DNA of 64,000 nt from Giardia intestinalis. Lineage: Eukaryota. The first letter of the stretch is position 1, and every line of letters begins with the position of its first letter. The position numbers were made by a program, and so were the translations under genes. The DNA is taken from the NCBI GenBank assembly GCA_000002435.2, contig CM018790.1, one strand, 5' to 3'. Below the pieces are notes generated by a model that saw only the letters and a list, made by a program, of their open reading frames with translations, made no database searches and was not told the DNA's origin. Shown one piece after another: positions 1 through 7,872 of this stretch.

Positions 1-2903
1 TTGTAGTGTGAGTAAAGAAATGGAAGCCCCCTATAGTCCTTCGGCTTGCTCCAGTGGGCCTCGAAGGCCTTATCTGTCCCTCTAAAGAAAGAGTAAGGCC
101 GAAGCTGCTCGACAGCGAACGCTTGGCGATATTCTTCAGTGAGCCTGTCCCTCCTAACCGGTTGCTCCTCAAGGATATGCTTGTCCTTGTCTGTGGATAT
201 GGCCCCGGAAACTCCCAGTTCTAATACATTGAAGTAATCCATCATGACTTCACCAAAGCTGAGTACAATGAAACAGCTCAAGATCTGCTTATACATTTCC
301 AAATTTTTGCTCACGAAAGTAAAGTCTAAGTGTGTGAGAATGGTCTTGATGGATCCGATCATGAGAGGAAGAAAATCTGGGGTAATGGCCGATGAAAGAG
401 CAGAGACAATGATCCGTAGAGACTCGTTGTGAAGACCGATTACTACGTTACTGCAGAGGGACTTTACGGGCAGGTCGTATGTGTCACTTGCAATGGTTTT
501 GTAAACAAAGGCCAGGCCTGAAACTATTCGTTCAAAGGGTACATAACTCCGTATAAGGTCCAGCTTAAAATAGTTGAAATCTGTCTCGCAGAGAACCCCA
601 GAGGAAAGCACAGATCGCGGATGCTCTCCTGCGCCTGTGGGTTGGTCCACCCCTGGAAGGATGTTAAACGACGCACAGTAGTATGATGTGAGCATGAGAG
701 CGAGGTTCTCTACAAACGCACAATAGAGAATGCGGGAATGGAACCTTCTGAGCAGGAATCTCTCCTCGGGGACTTTCCCTTCCTTTATCTCGATTGGCTT
801 TGCCTCTATCTCAAGGTAAGGGAGGGCTTCCAGGGTCAGAAGATTGTAAATGTCTATTCCATAGAGGATTTTGGAGATATCACCGAGGACACTGTTGAGC
901 AGATTGTGCTTTAATAGGACGAGATAGATCTGGAGAAGGAGCGCCAGCGTCGCCACAGAGATGGTAAACACCTTCTTTGATTGCCCATCTGGTTTGTGCA
1001 GCAGGGCATTGAGCAGGTTCTGCAGGGGCTCAGACTTCTTTCGTGGATTCCCTACGTCGTCGATCCAGACCTGAAGCACCGCAAGCTCTACAGTTGTGGA
1101 AGCAGTGGATCCCACGCCGGATGCTCCTGCAGAACCAACAATATGGGGGTTAAAGAAAAAGTGGTAGTAGAAGAGAGTAAGTGCAGCCGACGCCCTATCC
1201 AAGTCGTTCCTTCGGTTCATCAGGCCATAGCCGACCCGCGAATCAAAGTATGCATCTCCCAGGTGTGAATTGAGAGCCGAGAGAAAGGCGTGGACTAAAA
1301 ACGAATGAAAAACAGGAGCTCCCTCTGTTAAAATAGAAAAATCCCTTGTGGCAAGTGCAAACTCAGTCAATTTCAATCCTGTCCTACTGTCTTGATAGAG
1401 AAATTTCTCTAAAACTCCTATGTTTGCCAGGATGTCCTTATTGAAGTCTGTCTTTACGATCATTAACAAGGCTCCAGGTCTTTTTGAGAAATAGGAAGCG
1501 CGGCAGAGGCGCGCTAATGCCTTGTGATATGTGGAAACATAGGACTTGAAGGTGTCCAGGCCTTCAAATGGAACGGCGACATTGACCTTAGCTAGAGAAT
1601 GGATTGTCGGGTCCTGCATGATGCAAGTACTATACAAAAGCCCTGTGGTCTTAATGGATATGTTAGCGACTCCCTCATTGTGGTCCGACATGCCAAACTC
1701 GTCTCCTTCTGTTTGCGTCCTTGCAGTATCGCCGGGACCCAGTTCATCGTTGGCAGAGACTGGTGCACTGGCAGGTAGTTTCCTCTGCTCCTTCAGACGC
1801 TCCTCAAACCGTTCTATGTTGGCTAAAAGATGCTTAGGACAAGTGATTTTTCCATCAGATTGAATGGTGATAGCGTGATATACATCTGGATAAGTGTTGT
1901 TTGATATGAAAAGACGCATGGACGTGAGAAACTGCGGTTCGAGTGGTAGCTTGATTCGCTCCTTGATCTTGGCATTGAAGAAGGGGTGAGAAGCTAATTC
2001 ATTCCAAGTGATCCTCTTGAATGGGAAGGGTTGTAGCAGCTTGTAGAGCAAGTCCTTAAAATTAGCGCTTAAGGGGAAGCCTCGATAACTAGATGGGATG
2101 AGGTTGTTGAACAGATGCTCCTCGCCGTGTTGAATGACTCGAAAAGCGTACCTTTGGTAGTCACGTATTCGAACTGTTATGCGTGTTTGTTGCTTGTCTG
2201 GGCTGTCCTCAGAGTCACTGTCATTATACACCAGGTTCTCGGCAGAAGACTTGTCCATAAACTGTTCAAACGGGTAACGCCGAAATAGTATCCTATAGAG
2301 CAGGCAACCAAAGGAGAACAGGTCTGAAGAGATACTATGAGAGCCGTCGGGCAGAAGGGTTTCAGGAGCTTTGTGGAGATAACCATTGGACTTAACGTGC
2401 TTATCAATAACCTCGATGGTGAGAGGCTGATGTTTGACAATTTGGCTTGCAAACTCGAAGTCGGCCAGCTTTATGTTACCGTCAATATCAACAAGGATGT
2501 TACTACCCAGCAGTTCATTGAATGTTATGCCCTTTAAGTGAAGAAAATGAAGGGCGTCTCGGATGTCACTTGCAAACGACTCCACAGAGACCTCGGGCCA
2601 GTAGTGATACTCTCTGCTCAGTAGAGACTCTAAAGACCCGCCCTCGCAGAGCTCCGTTATTAGCCAGATTTCGTCGTTGCTCTGGTACCACGATATGAAG
2701 CGTAGAATATTTGGGTGGACATTCGAGCTGAGGAATGTTGCTTCGACTTGAACCTTCGTCTTTAGCGCCTGAATGCGTGTAGGAGTTTGCTTTGCAGCCA
2801 CATATTCTAGAGATTGCGGCTGCCGGGCACGATAGATAATTGATCCGCTATTCTTTCCTCGGCCAATCTCCTCATAGGTCTTGAACTTGCTGGCGGAGTT
2901 CAT
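1..2903 (-). CDS. Partial CDS whose C-terminus lies beyond the window start. It has an N-terminal protein-kinase-like domain (about 1980..2876) with degenerate catalytic motifs, so probably a pseudokinase with a ULK/Fused-like layout. A helical region of more than 650 aa follows.
   Basis: The ATG is at 2901-2903 on the minus strand (MNSASKFKTYEEIGRGKNSGS...). The frame stays open to position 1, and the track shows no minus-strand sub-ORFs in this frame. The Gly-loop (IGRGKNSGS), the VAAK lysine, the conserved Glu and the hinge (LITELCEGGSLESLL) are present. The HRD catalytic loop reads ITFNELLGSNILV and the DFG reads DFE (KLADFEF at about 2451..2471). Confidence 0.6.
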   Translation of the reverse strand, partial: MNSASKFKTYEEIGRGKNSGSIIYRARQPQSLEYVAAKQTPTRIQALKTKVQVEATFLSSNVHPNILRFISWYQSNDEIWLITELCEGGSLESLLSREYHYWPEVSVESFASDIRDALHFLHLKGITFNELLGSNILVDIDGNIKLADFEFASQIVKHQPLTIEVIDKHVKSNGYLHKAPETLLPDGSHSISSDLFSFGCLLYRILFRRYPFEQFMDKSSAENLVYNDSDSEDSPDKQQTRITVRIRDYQRYAFRVIQHGEEHLFNNLIPSSYRGFPLSANFKDLLYKLLQPFPFKRITWNELASHPFFNAKIKERIKLPLEPQFLTSMRLFISNNTYPDVYHAITIQSDGKITCPKHLLANIERFEERLKEQRKLPASAPVSANDELGPGDTARTQTEGDEFGMSDHNEGVANISIKTTGLLYSTCIMQDPTIHSLAKVNVAVPFEGLDTFKSYVSTYHKALARLCRASYFSKRPGALLMIVKTDFNKDILANIGVLEKFLYQDSRTGLKLTEFALATRDFSILTEGAPVFHSFLVHAFLSALNSHLGDAYFDSRVGYGLMNRRNDLDRASAALTLFYYHFFFNPHIVGSAGASGVGSTASTTVELAVLQVWIDDVGNPRKKSEPLQNLLNALLHKPDGQSKKVFTISVATLALLLQIYLVLLKHNLLNSVLGDISKILYGIDIYNLLTLEALPYLEIEAKPIEIKEGKVPEERFLLRRFHSRILYCAFVENLALMLTSYYCASFNILPGVDQPTGAGEHPRSVLSSGVLCETDFNYFKLDLIRSYVPFERIVSGLAFVYKTIASDTYDLPVKSLCSNVVIGLHNESLRIIVSALSSAITPDFLPLMIGSIKTILTHLDFTFVSKNLEMYKQILSCFIVLSFGEVMMDYFNVLELGVSGAISTDKDKHILEEQPVRRDRLTEEYRQAFAVEQLRPYSFFRGTDKAFEAHWSKPKDYRGLPFLYSHY

Positions 2904-2938
2904 GGCGGGGCGCCGATTAAATTATTGAACCAGAATTG

Positions 2939-3853
2939 CTAGAATTTACCTGCTGCCACGGACAGGCCTGCTAAGAGATCGCTTAGCACCGGGTCCTCGG
3001 CCTTTGTCTTTGCCGTCACGTAGCCGAAGTAGTCACTCAGGCTGCTGATCTGCTCTTCGTCCTGCGGTCCGTCCCCGTCCTGAACGTTGGTCTTGAAGGC
3101 GCCCATCTGCACCTTCAGCGCCTCGTCCGGAGAGGACGACTGGCATATCATGGTGTGGGAATCCATCCCAGGCGGGATGCGCAGTATCGCTTCGTCTTCG
3201 TCGATCGTGAAGTCGAAGGCGTGCGCACCCCCCTTGGTATGTCCCAGCAAGTGTCTCGCAATGGGGCCCGTGTCGTCTGTGCCGGCTGCAGAGTAGACGG
3301 TTGTTCTTTGGGGGCACGCAGAGCCATCGGAGGACGGAAAGAGCTTGGCGTTGGCGACCAGGGCCAGGGCCCGAACGCACCGGAGGGCGATGCTGCGGCT
3401 CACAGGGTTTGTGTTCTGCAGCTGGGTGCTGTCTGTCAGCAGGATGGTGCAGCTGGAGAAGCGCTGGCGCTTGCTAAGCGCGTAGACGGCATCCAGCCAG
3501 GCCTTCGTCTCCGTGACGCACAGCGAAACCGAGGCGGCAGAAATTAAAAGAACGAGATGCAGCTGCTCAGGGTCAGCGAAGAAGTCAAGGTCGTGCAACT
3601 TGTCCTTCAGAAGCCCAGAGGAACCCAAAATAAAACAGGAAACAGGAGCTGCATCGTCTGCACCGCGGTCAGACGAGACCAGTAAAGTGGTGTATTTTGA
3701 TGTGCCAGGGGGGATTATAACCTGCTTTCCGAGCAGCCGCGTGGCAAGCGCGCCCTTGTATGCGTCCCCATTGCCCAGGAGTACAAATGTGGCCGGCGAG
3801 CCTTTCGCATCGCAGCCCTCCGTGAAGGGCGCAAGAATGTCCTGGATGCTCAT
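2939..3853 (-). CDS. Hypothetical 304-aa protein. It weakly resembles the proteasome assembly chaperone 2 (PAC2/PSMG2) family.
   Basis: The track ORF 2939..3883 begins at GTG; the first ATG is at 3851-3853 (MSIQDIL...). The motifs FVLLGNGDAYKGALATRLLG and ILRIPPG resemble PSMG2 FTLLMPAVSVGNVGQLAMDL and IRIPGGG. The product call is tentative, but the ORF itself is solid. Confidence 0.5.
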   Translation of the reverse strand: MSIQDILAPFTEGCDAKGSPATFVLLGNGDAYKGALATRLLGKQVIIPPGTSKYTTLLVSSDRGADDAAPVSCFILGSSGLLKDKLHDLDFFADPEQLHLVLLISAASVSLCVTETKAWLDAVYALSKRQRFSSCTILLTDSTQLQNTNPVSRSIALRCVRALALVANAKLFPSSDGSACPQRTTVYSAAGTDDTGPIARHLLGHTKGGAHAFDFTIDEDEAILRIPPGMDSHTMICQSSSPDEALKVQMGAFKTNVQDGDGPQDEEQISSLSDYFGYVTAKTKAEDPVLSDLLAGLSVAAGKF

Positions 3854-4247
3854 TTTAATTCTTTGCCAGATCTCCCAAGCCACCTCCCTGCTTCCTGTGG
3901 CTTATCAAAAGTGCAGAGTCTGTTGCCTGGGGGTCGCGCTTCGCTGCACAGAAGCTTACATTGGCACCAGACGGCTCCGTGCACTCAGATTGATGGACAG
4001 AAGGGGTCAGTTCGTAAGATCTGTCTCACTAAGGGCGCTTTGGTTGCAATCCCACGACTTCAGAGGCTTCTGTGCTGATTGGGATTGGGCAATGATGCGC
4101 GAGGAAAAGCGTTCGACCAGGAGGTAGCAAGGCTGAGGCTCACCGAATCCATGATTGTTATCTACCCACAGATTCTGCGAAAATTGGACCCGATACAGTA
4201 ATTGTTAGTTTGGCGTAATAGAAAGCGTGAATCTAATTGCGCATGAC

Positions 4248-5077
4248 ATGGTCAGTGAGAGTCCCACTCGTGCTGCAGAGAGCGCTGGCAGTGGCTCCGA
4301 TAGCATCCCCATGTTCAGTCCCGAAGAGCTGTATCGGCGTGAAGGCGAGCTGCTAGGCAAGGGGCCTTCGGAGTCGTCATGTACGAGCTTGCTACTATGA
4401 ATTTGCCGAGCTTTTCACACTTTGGGAGCCAGAGGACGCGAAAGCAGTCTTTGACAATGAGTGGAGGCCTGATTTGGACACCATCACAGATGAATTCGTA
4501 AGAACTGTCATCGAGAAGATATTATCCTGGACTCGGCAGAGCAGCCCACAGCCAGGGAGTTTCATAGTCTGCTCCGGGAGCTGAACGCTTCAGAAGTAGG
4601 GATCAGGCTTCACATCAGTGCGTTGGAGAGCATCCTGGAAGATGCCAATGCTAGGGACGATCCCCTCGAGAAGGCCCTTCAAGCCGAGTCAGCTGAGAAC
4701 AAAGGCCTGAAGGAGACTATCTCTGCTCAGACTGTCGAGCTGGACTTTCCAAAGAAGGTCTCAGGAAGCTGGCCGCTCGAGACTCATCGTGGATCCCGCT
4801 CATACGGGGTGCCGAAAGAGGTGACGTAGAGGCTGTTAAAGCAATTTCTCCTCTTCACATGGGAAGGACAGCAAGATATGTCAAAACAGACAGATGGAGT
4901 GTGCATGGAGGAACAGCACTGATGATAGCAGCACGAGGACATGCAGAAGTGGTGAGGCTATTAGTGAAACACGAGAGTGGCATGAAGGATAGATATAACT
5001 GGACTCCCCTTAATCATGCAAAGTCACGGAATAACCGGGAGTGTATGGAGCTTCTTCGAGGTGACCAACCGTTCTGA
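4248..5077 (+). pseudogene. Decayed, frameshifted remnant of a NEK-type kinase / coiled-coil / ankyrin-repeat (Protein 21.1-like) gene.
   Basis: Fragments lie in three frames. A kinase Gly-loop ELLGKG followed by AFGVV is split by a 1-nt shift near 4350. The coiled-coil ORF 4623..4829 is in frame 0. The ankyrin ORF 4859..5077 (GGTALMIAARGHAEVVRLLV...WTPLNHA) is in frame 2, with ankyrin-like LIRGAERGDVEAVKAI upstream in the same frame. Most of the kinase domain is missing. Confidence 0.5.
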
Positions 5078-5499
5078 AGATCTCCGCTGCATCTTAATGA
5101 ATTTAGTGATCCCAACTTCTAACAGAACTAAGCAATCCAGTAGGCCCCCGGTGCTAGCCCAATCAATAGTACGTCCCTCTCTAAATCCTTCGGTGGACAT
5201 AGCGATCAGGGGCCCAGCCCCACCTGCACATAGAGCCTTGCATAATGTAGGAGATGCAAGATACTGTCGCTAACAGCATGGCTGTGCGATCGGCAGGCAG
5301 AAAGCGAGTGAAGGACCTCGTTGACAGTGGCACCCTGGATCAAGTGCACTCGCTGGAGTTGGCGATTCACACATAGAATGGAGTCCCCATGTGGCTGTCC
5401 TGACCTCGTTCTGGTCTAGATGATGAAGTACGACCCTTACTGTACGTAGCCTTTCACACTGACAACTGCTGACTTGTAGACCCCTACTGGTATAAAAGC

Positions 5500-7044
5500 A
5501 TGGCAACAGCCCTCATCTTAGCAGGAGGGAAGGGGACACGTCTCAGACCAATGACAGACAGCACGCCCAAGCCGCTGCTGCGAACCCCACACCGGACAAT
5601 CCTCGAAACCCAGATCCAGAGCCTCTACGAGCACGGTGTGCGCTCTGTGTATGTCCTCATTCATCAGTCTCAGCATGACTCTTACAAGGCGTGCGTTGAC
5701 AGCCTTGATGTAAGGCACCACATGCAGATAGTCTTGGTTACAGAGCACGAGTGGTTGGGAACAGCAGGCGCTGTTGTTAGCTGTTTGTGGGCCTACCCGG
5801 AGCTTTCCAAGCTGACACACATCCTCATCATGAACGGAGACGTTGTCTGCCGCTATCCCTTCTCATCGTTGATCTCTACCTACAAGTCGCAGAACTGCGC
5901 GTGCCTACTAACACACTTCTCCACTCGGGACCCATCGCAGTATGGGCTGCTGAGGCTGACCAGAGAAAACGGGCCGTCGGCTCTGTCACTGTCTGAATTA
6001 TCAGATCGGCCCTCACTGCCTTCCTCCTCCGCGGGCTCTGAGCTGAGCGAGTCCTTATCCGCTGGAGACGGGCTGCTATCGTCCTTCGGCCCTGCTAGCT
6101 CTGCCGAATCAGCAGACATCCTATTCGAAGATCCCACCGACGCCAGCGCCGAGAGTGACAGCGTGGCATCGGTCTCCTCAGCGGTCGATGCACGCCAAGT
6201 AATGAGGATAAGAGATTATAACCGAATCCACCGCGGTGGAGCAAGCATCGCAAGGGTCTCCACGCCACACCTCCCCAGCTCTCCGGCGGGACTGCGGGTC
6301 AACAGCCGTCGAAGCGATAGAACTAGGAGCAGGTCCAGAGATAGGCCCAGAGGGGGTGTGCAGATGGGATCCCTGGGACCGCAGCTGGACTTGTCGTACG
6401 GGCAGATATCTCTGGTGGACTGCTCAAACAGACACTTGCGCTCCCTCCCCACTCAGACCGCCTCCAGAACCTCCACACGATCATCCTCGGGCGCCACCAT
6501 CCGTCTGGGCAGGGTGTCAGCGTTCATAGAAAAGCCTTGTTTTGTGGCAGTGGAGAGCCAGCAGGACAGAGCTGGCCACGGAGTCTCGTATGCAAATGCC
6601 GGGATCTATGTCATCAACCCCGCTCTCCTGCTGGCGTTCCCGGTCCCCTGCTCTATGGAGCAGGGAGTCTTTCCCATCCTTCTGTCACGGAAGCTGGACG
6701 TGCTGTCGTTCTACATCGGCACGGAGAAGACGTGGAGTGACATGGGGACCGTCGCGGGATTTATAAGGGGGTGTCAGCTGTTGAACGGAGTCCCGGCGTT
6801 TGACCAGGGCTCAAACTCATCCACACGGCTGGGAAGTGAGGCACACAAGTCTATGTCAAAGAATGGCCTTCGGGGCAATGTCACAGGCGACGATGTGCGT
6901 ATCGCGAGGGGGGCGCACGTCGCCAACTGCGTAATATACGACAATACAGTCGTGCCGCCCGGAGTGCATCTGGAGGGATGCATTGTTTGTTCAGGGGAAG
7001 GGCTGGCGCAGGGCAAGCACTATTACAACAAAATCATACCTTAG
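5500..7044 (+). CDS. Mannose-1-phosphate guanylyltransferase (GDP-mannose pyrophosphorylase) homolog. A roughly 180-aa Ser/Arg-rich low-complexity insertion splits the catalytic domain.
   Basis: MATALILAGGKGTRLRPMTDSTPKPLL matches the NTP-transferase signature (GMPPB [25 protein letters not shown]). Other matches are LGTAGAV, ILIMNGDVVCRYPF, AFIEKP...ANAGIYVINPALL, EQGVFPIL and a C-terminal left-handed beta-helix hexapeptide (GDDVRIARGAHVANCVIYDNTVV). TATAAAAG sits immediately upstream of the ATG. Confidence 0.75.
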   Translation: MATALILAGGKGTRLRPMTDSTPKPLLRTPHRTILETQIQSLYEHGVRSVYVLIHQSQHDSYKACVDSLDVRHHMQIVLVTEHEWLGTAGAVVSCLWAYPELSKLTHILIMNGDVVCRYPFSSLISTYKSQNCACLLTHFSTRDPSQYGLLRLTRENGPSALSLSELSDRPSLPSSSAGSELSESLSAGDGLLSSFGPASSAESADILFEDPTDASAESDSVASVSSAVDARQVMRIRDYNRIHRGGASIARVSTPHLPSSPAGLRVNSRRSDRTRSRSRDRPRGGVQMGSLGPQLDLSYGQISLVDCSNRHLRSLPTQTASRTSTRSSSGATIRLGRVSAFIEKPCFVAVESQQDRAGHGVSYANAGIYVINPALLLAFPVPCSMEQGVFPILLSRKLDVLSFYIGTEKTWSDMGTVAGFIRGCQLLNGVPAFDQGSNSSTRLGSEAHKSMSKNGLRGNVTGDDVRIARGAHVANCVIYDNTVVPPGVHLEGCIVCSGEGLAQGKHYYNKIIP

Positions 7045-7840
7045 GCGCACTCGAGAGCGTCAGTTTCGTTCGTATCCTCGTTAGGTGAGTATCTACGACA
7101 TTGAAGATATCTTCCGCCACCTGCTCGGCCGTGGTCTCGACGAATGGGCAGTCAATGCCACCCTTTTCCCAGAGGCCGGACAAAAAGTTGCCAGGGTATA
7201 TTTCCTCTACGTGTGCATGCGGTAAGTCATGTCGAGCACAGTCCACCAGGCCACGGAGAGCAAACTTGGCCACACAGTACGGGCAGCAGTCGACGGTTCC
7301 TTCCCAACTAAGGGGATCAGAGCCGACGGCCACATAACAGCAGTACCTGTTCCCCGAAAGAGTGGGGAGATACCGGAGGCTTTGCTGCATAGGCAGGACG
7401 TGCGCAGAAATGGCATCCAGTATGTCCTGCGGTGTCGTCTCCCCCACAGAGCGGCATGCAAGGGCTCCTGTACAGGTGACAACAGCAATGAGAATGCCCT
7501 TGCCACGCTGCTGTGCAGGTGATGGACGGCTGGTGCCTGCATACCATGCCTCGGCCTCGTCCAGGCTTGAGCACGCAATACCCAACTCACCCAGTAAACG
7601 CTCATAGGTAAGCCAGAACTGGTCTGCAGACGGGTCTCCACGTATGATGCGCAGCCTCTTGTAGCAGGAAGCAGTGGAGGCGGGGGCCCTTTCCGCATCT
7701 TCAAGAAGCGCATCCAAAGACCCGGTATCCGCGCGATCGCGCACCTGTGCATGCACAGAGAACCCTTCGAGGAGAAGCTTGCAGGTTACAGCAACGCCCA
7801 GGGTACCGTTGGCGCCCAGGACCAGAACAAATAGAGACAT
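7034..7840 (-). CDS. NAD(P)-dependent short-chain dehydrogenase/reductase (SDR family).
   Basis: It has an N-terminal Rossmann motif (VLVLGANGTLGVAV) and a catalytic YxxxK (PYCVAKFAL). It is 268 aa, and ATG is confirmed at 7838-7840. Its 3' end overlaps the GMPP stop by 11 nt. Confidence 0.65.
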   Translation of the reverse strand: MSLFVLVLGANGTLGVAVTCKLLLEGFSVHAQVRDRADTGSLDALLEDAERAPASTASCYKRLRIIRGDPSADQFWLTYERLLGELGIACSSLDEAEAWYAGTSRPSPAQQRGKGILIAVVTCTGALACRSVGETTPQDILDAISAHVLPMQQSLRYLPTLSGNRYCCYVAVGSDPLSWEGTVDCCPYCVAKFALRGLVDCARHDLPHAHVEEIYPGNFLSGLWEKGGIDCPFVETTAEQVAEDIFNVVDTHLTRIRTKLTLSSAPKV

Positions 7841-7872
7841 TTCCCACTCAAAAAAGAGGCGACCGGGACTCG

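Noticed and set aside
3513-4127. 204-aa plus-strand ORF (and 3033..3380, 3087..3296, 3155..3547) overlapping gene 2939..3853.
   Set aside because: They are antisense or alternative-frame to a well-formed gene. They are low-complexity Arg/Gly/Ala-rich translations typical of GC-rich antisense frames and have no homology features.
3884-5499. Possibility that the non-coding gap hides an snoRNA or other ncRNA.
   Set aside because: I could not find convincing C/D box pairs (RUGAUGA...CUGA) with terminal stems or tRNA-like cloverleaf signatures by eye. The region is better explained as pseudogene debris. It cannot be excluded without covariance-model searches.
5270-5506. 78-aa minus-strand ORF just upstream of the GMPP gene.
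   Set aside because: It is Cys/Arg-rich with no features. It lies in the decayed intergenic region and overlaps the GMPP start, so it is probably spurious.
7207-7752. 181-aa minus-strand ORF in an alternative frame of the SDR gene.
   Set aside because: The SDR frame carries the Rossmann and YxxxK motifs. The alternative frame is Arg/Pro/Trp-rich noise.
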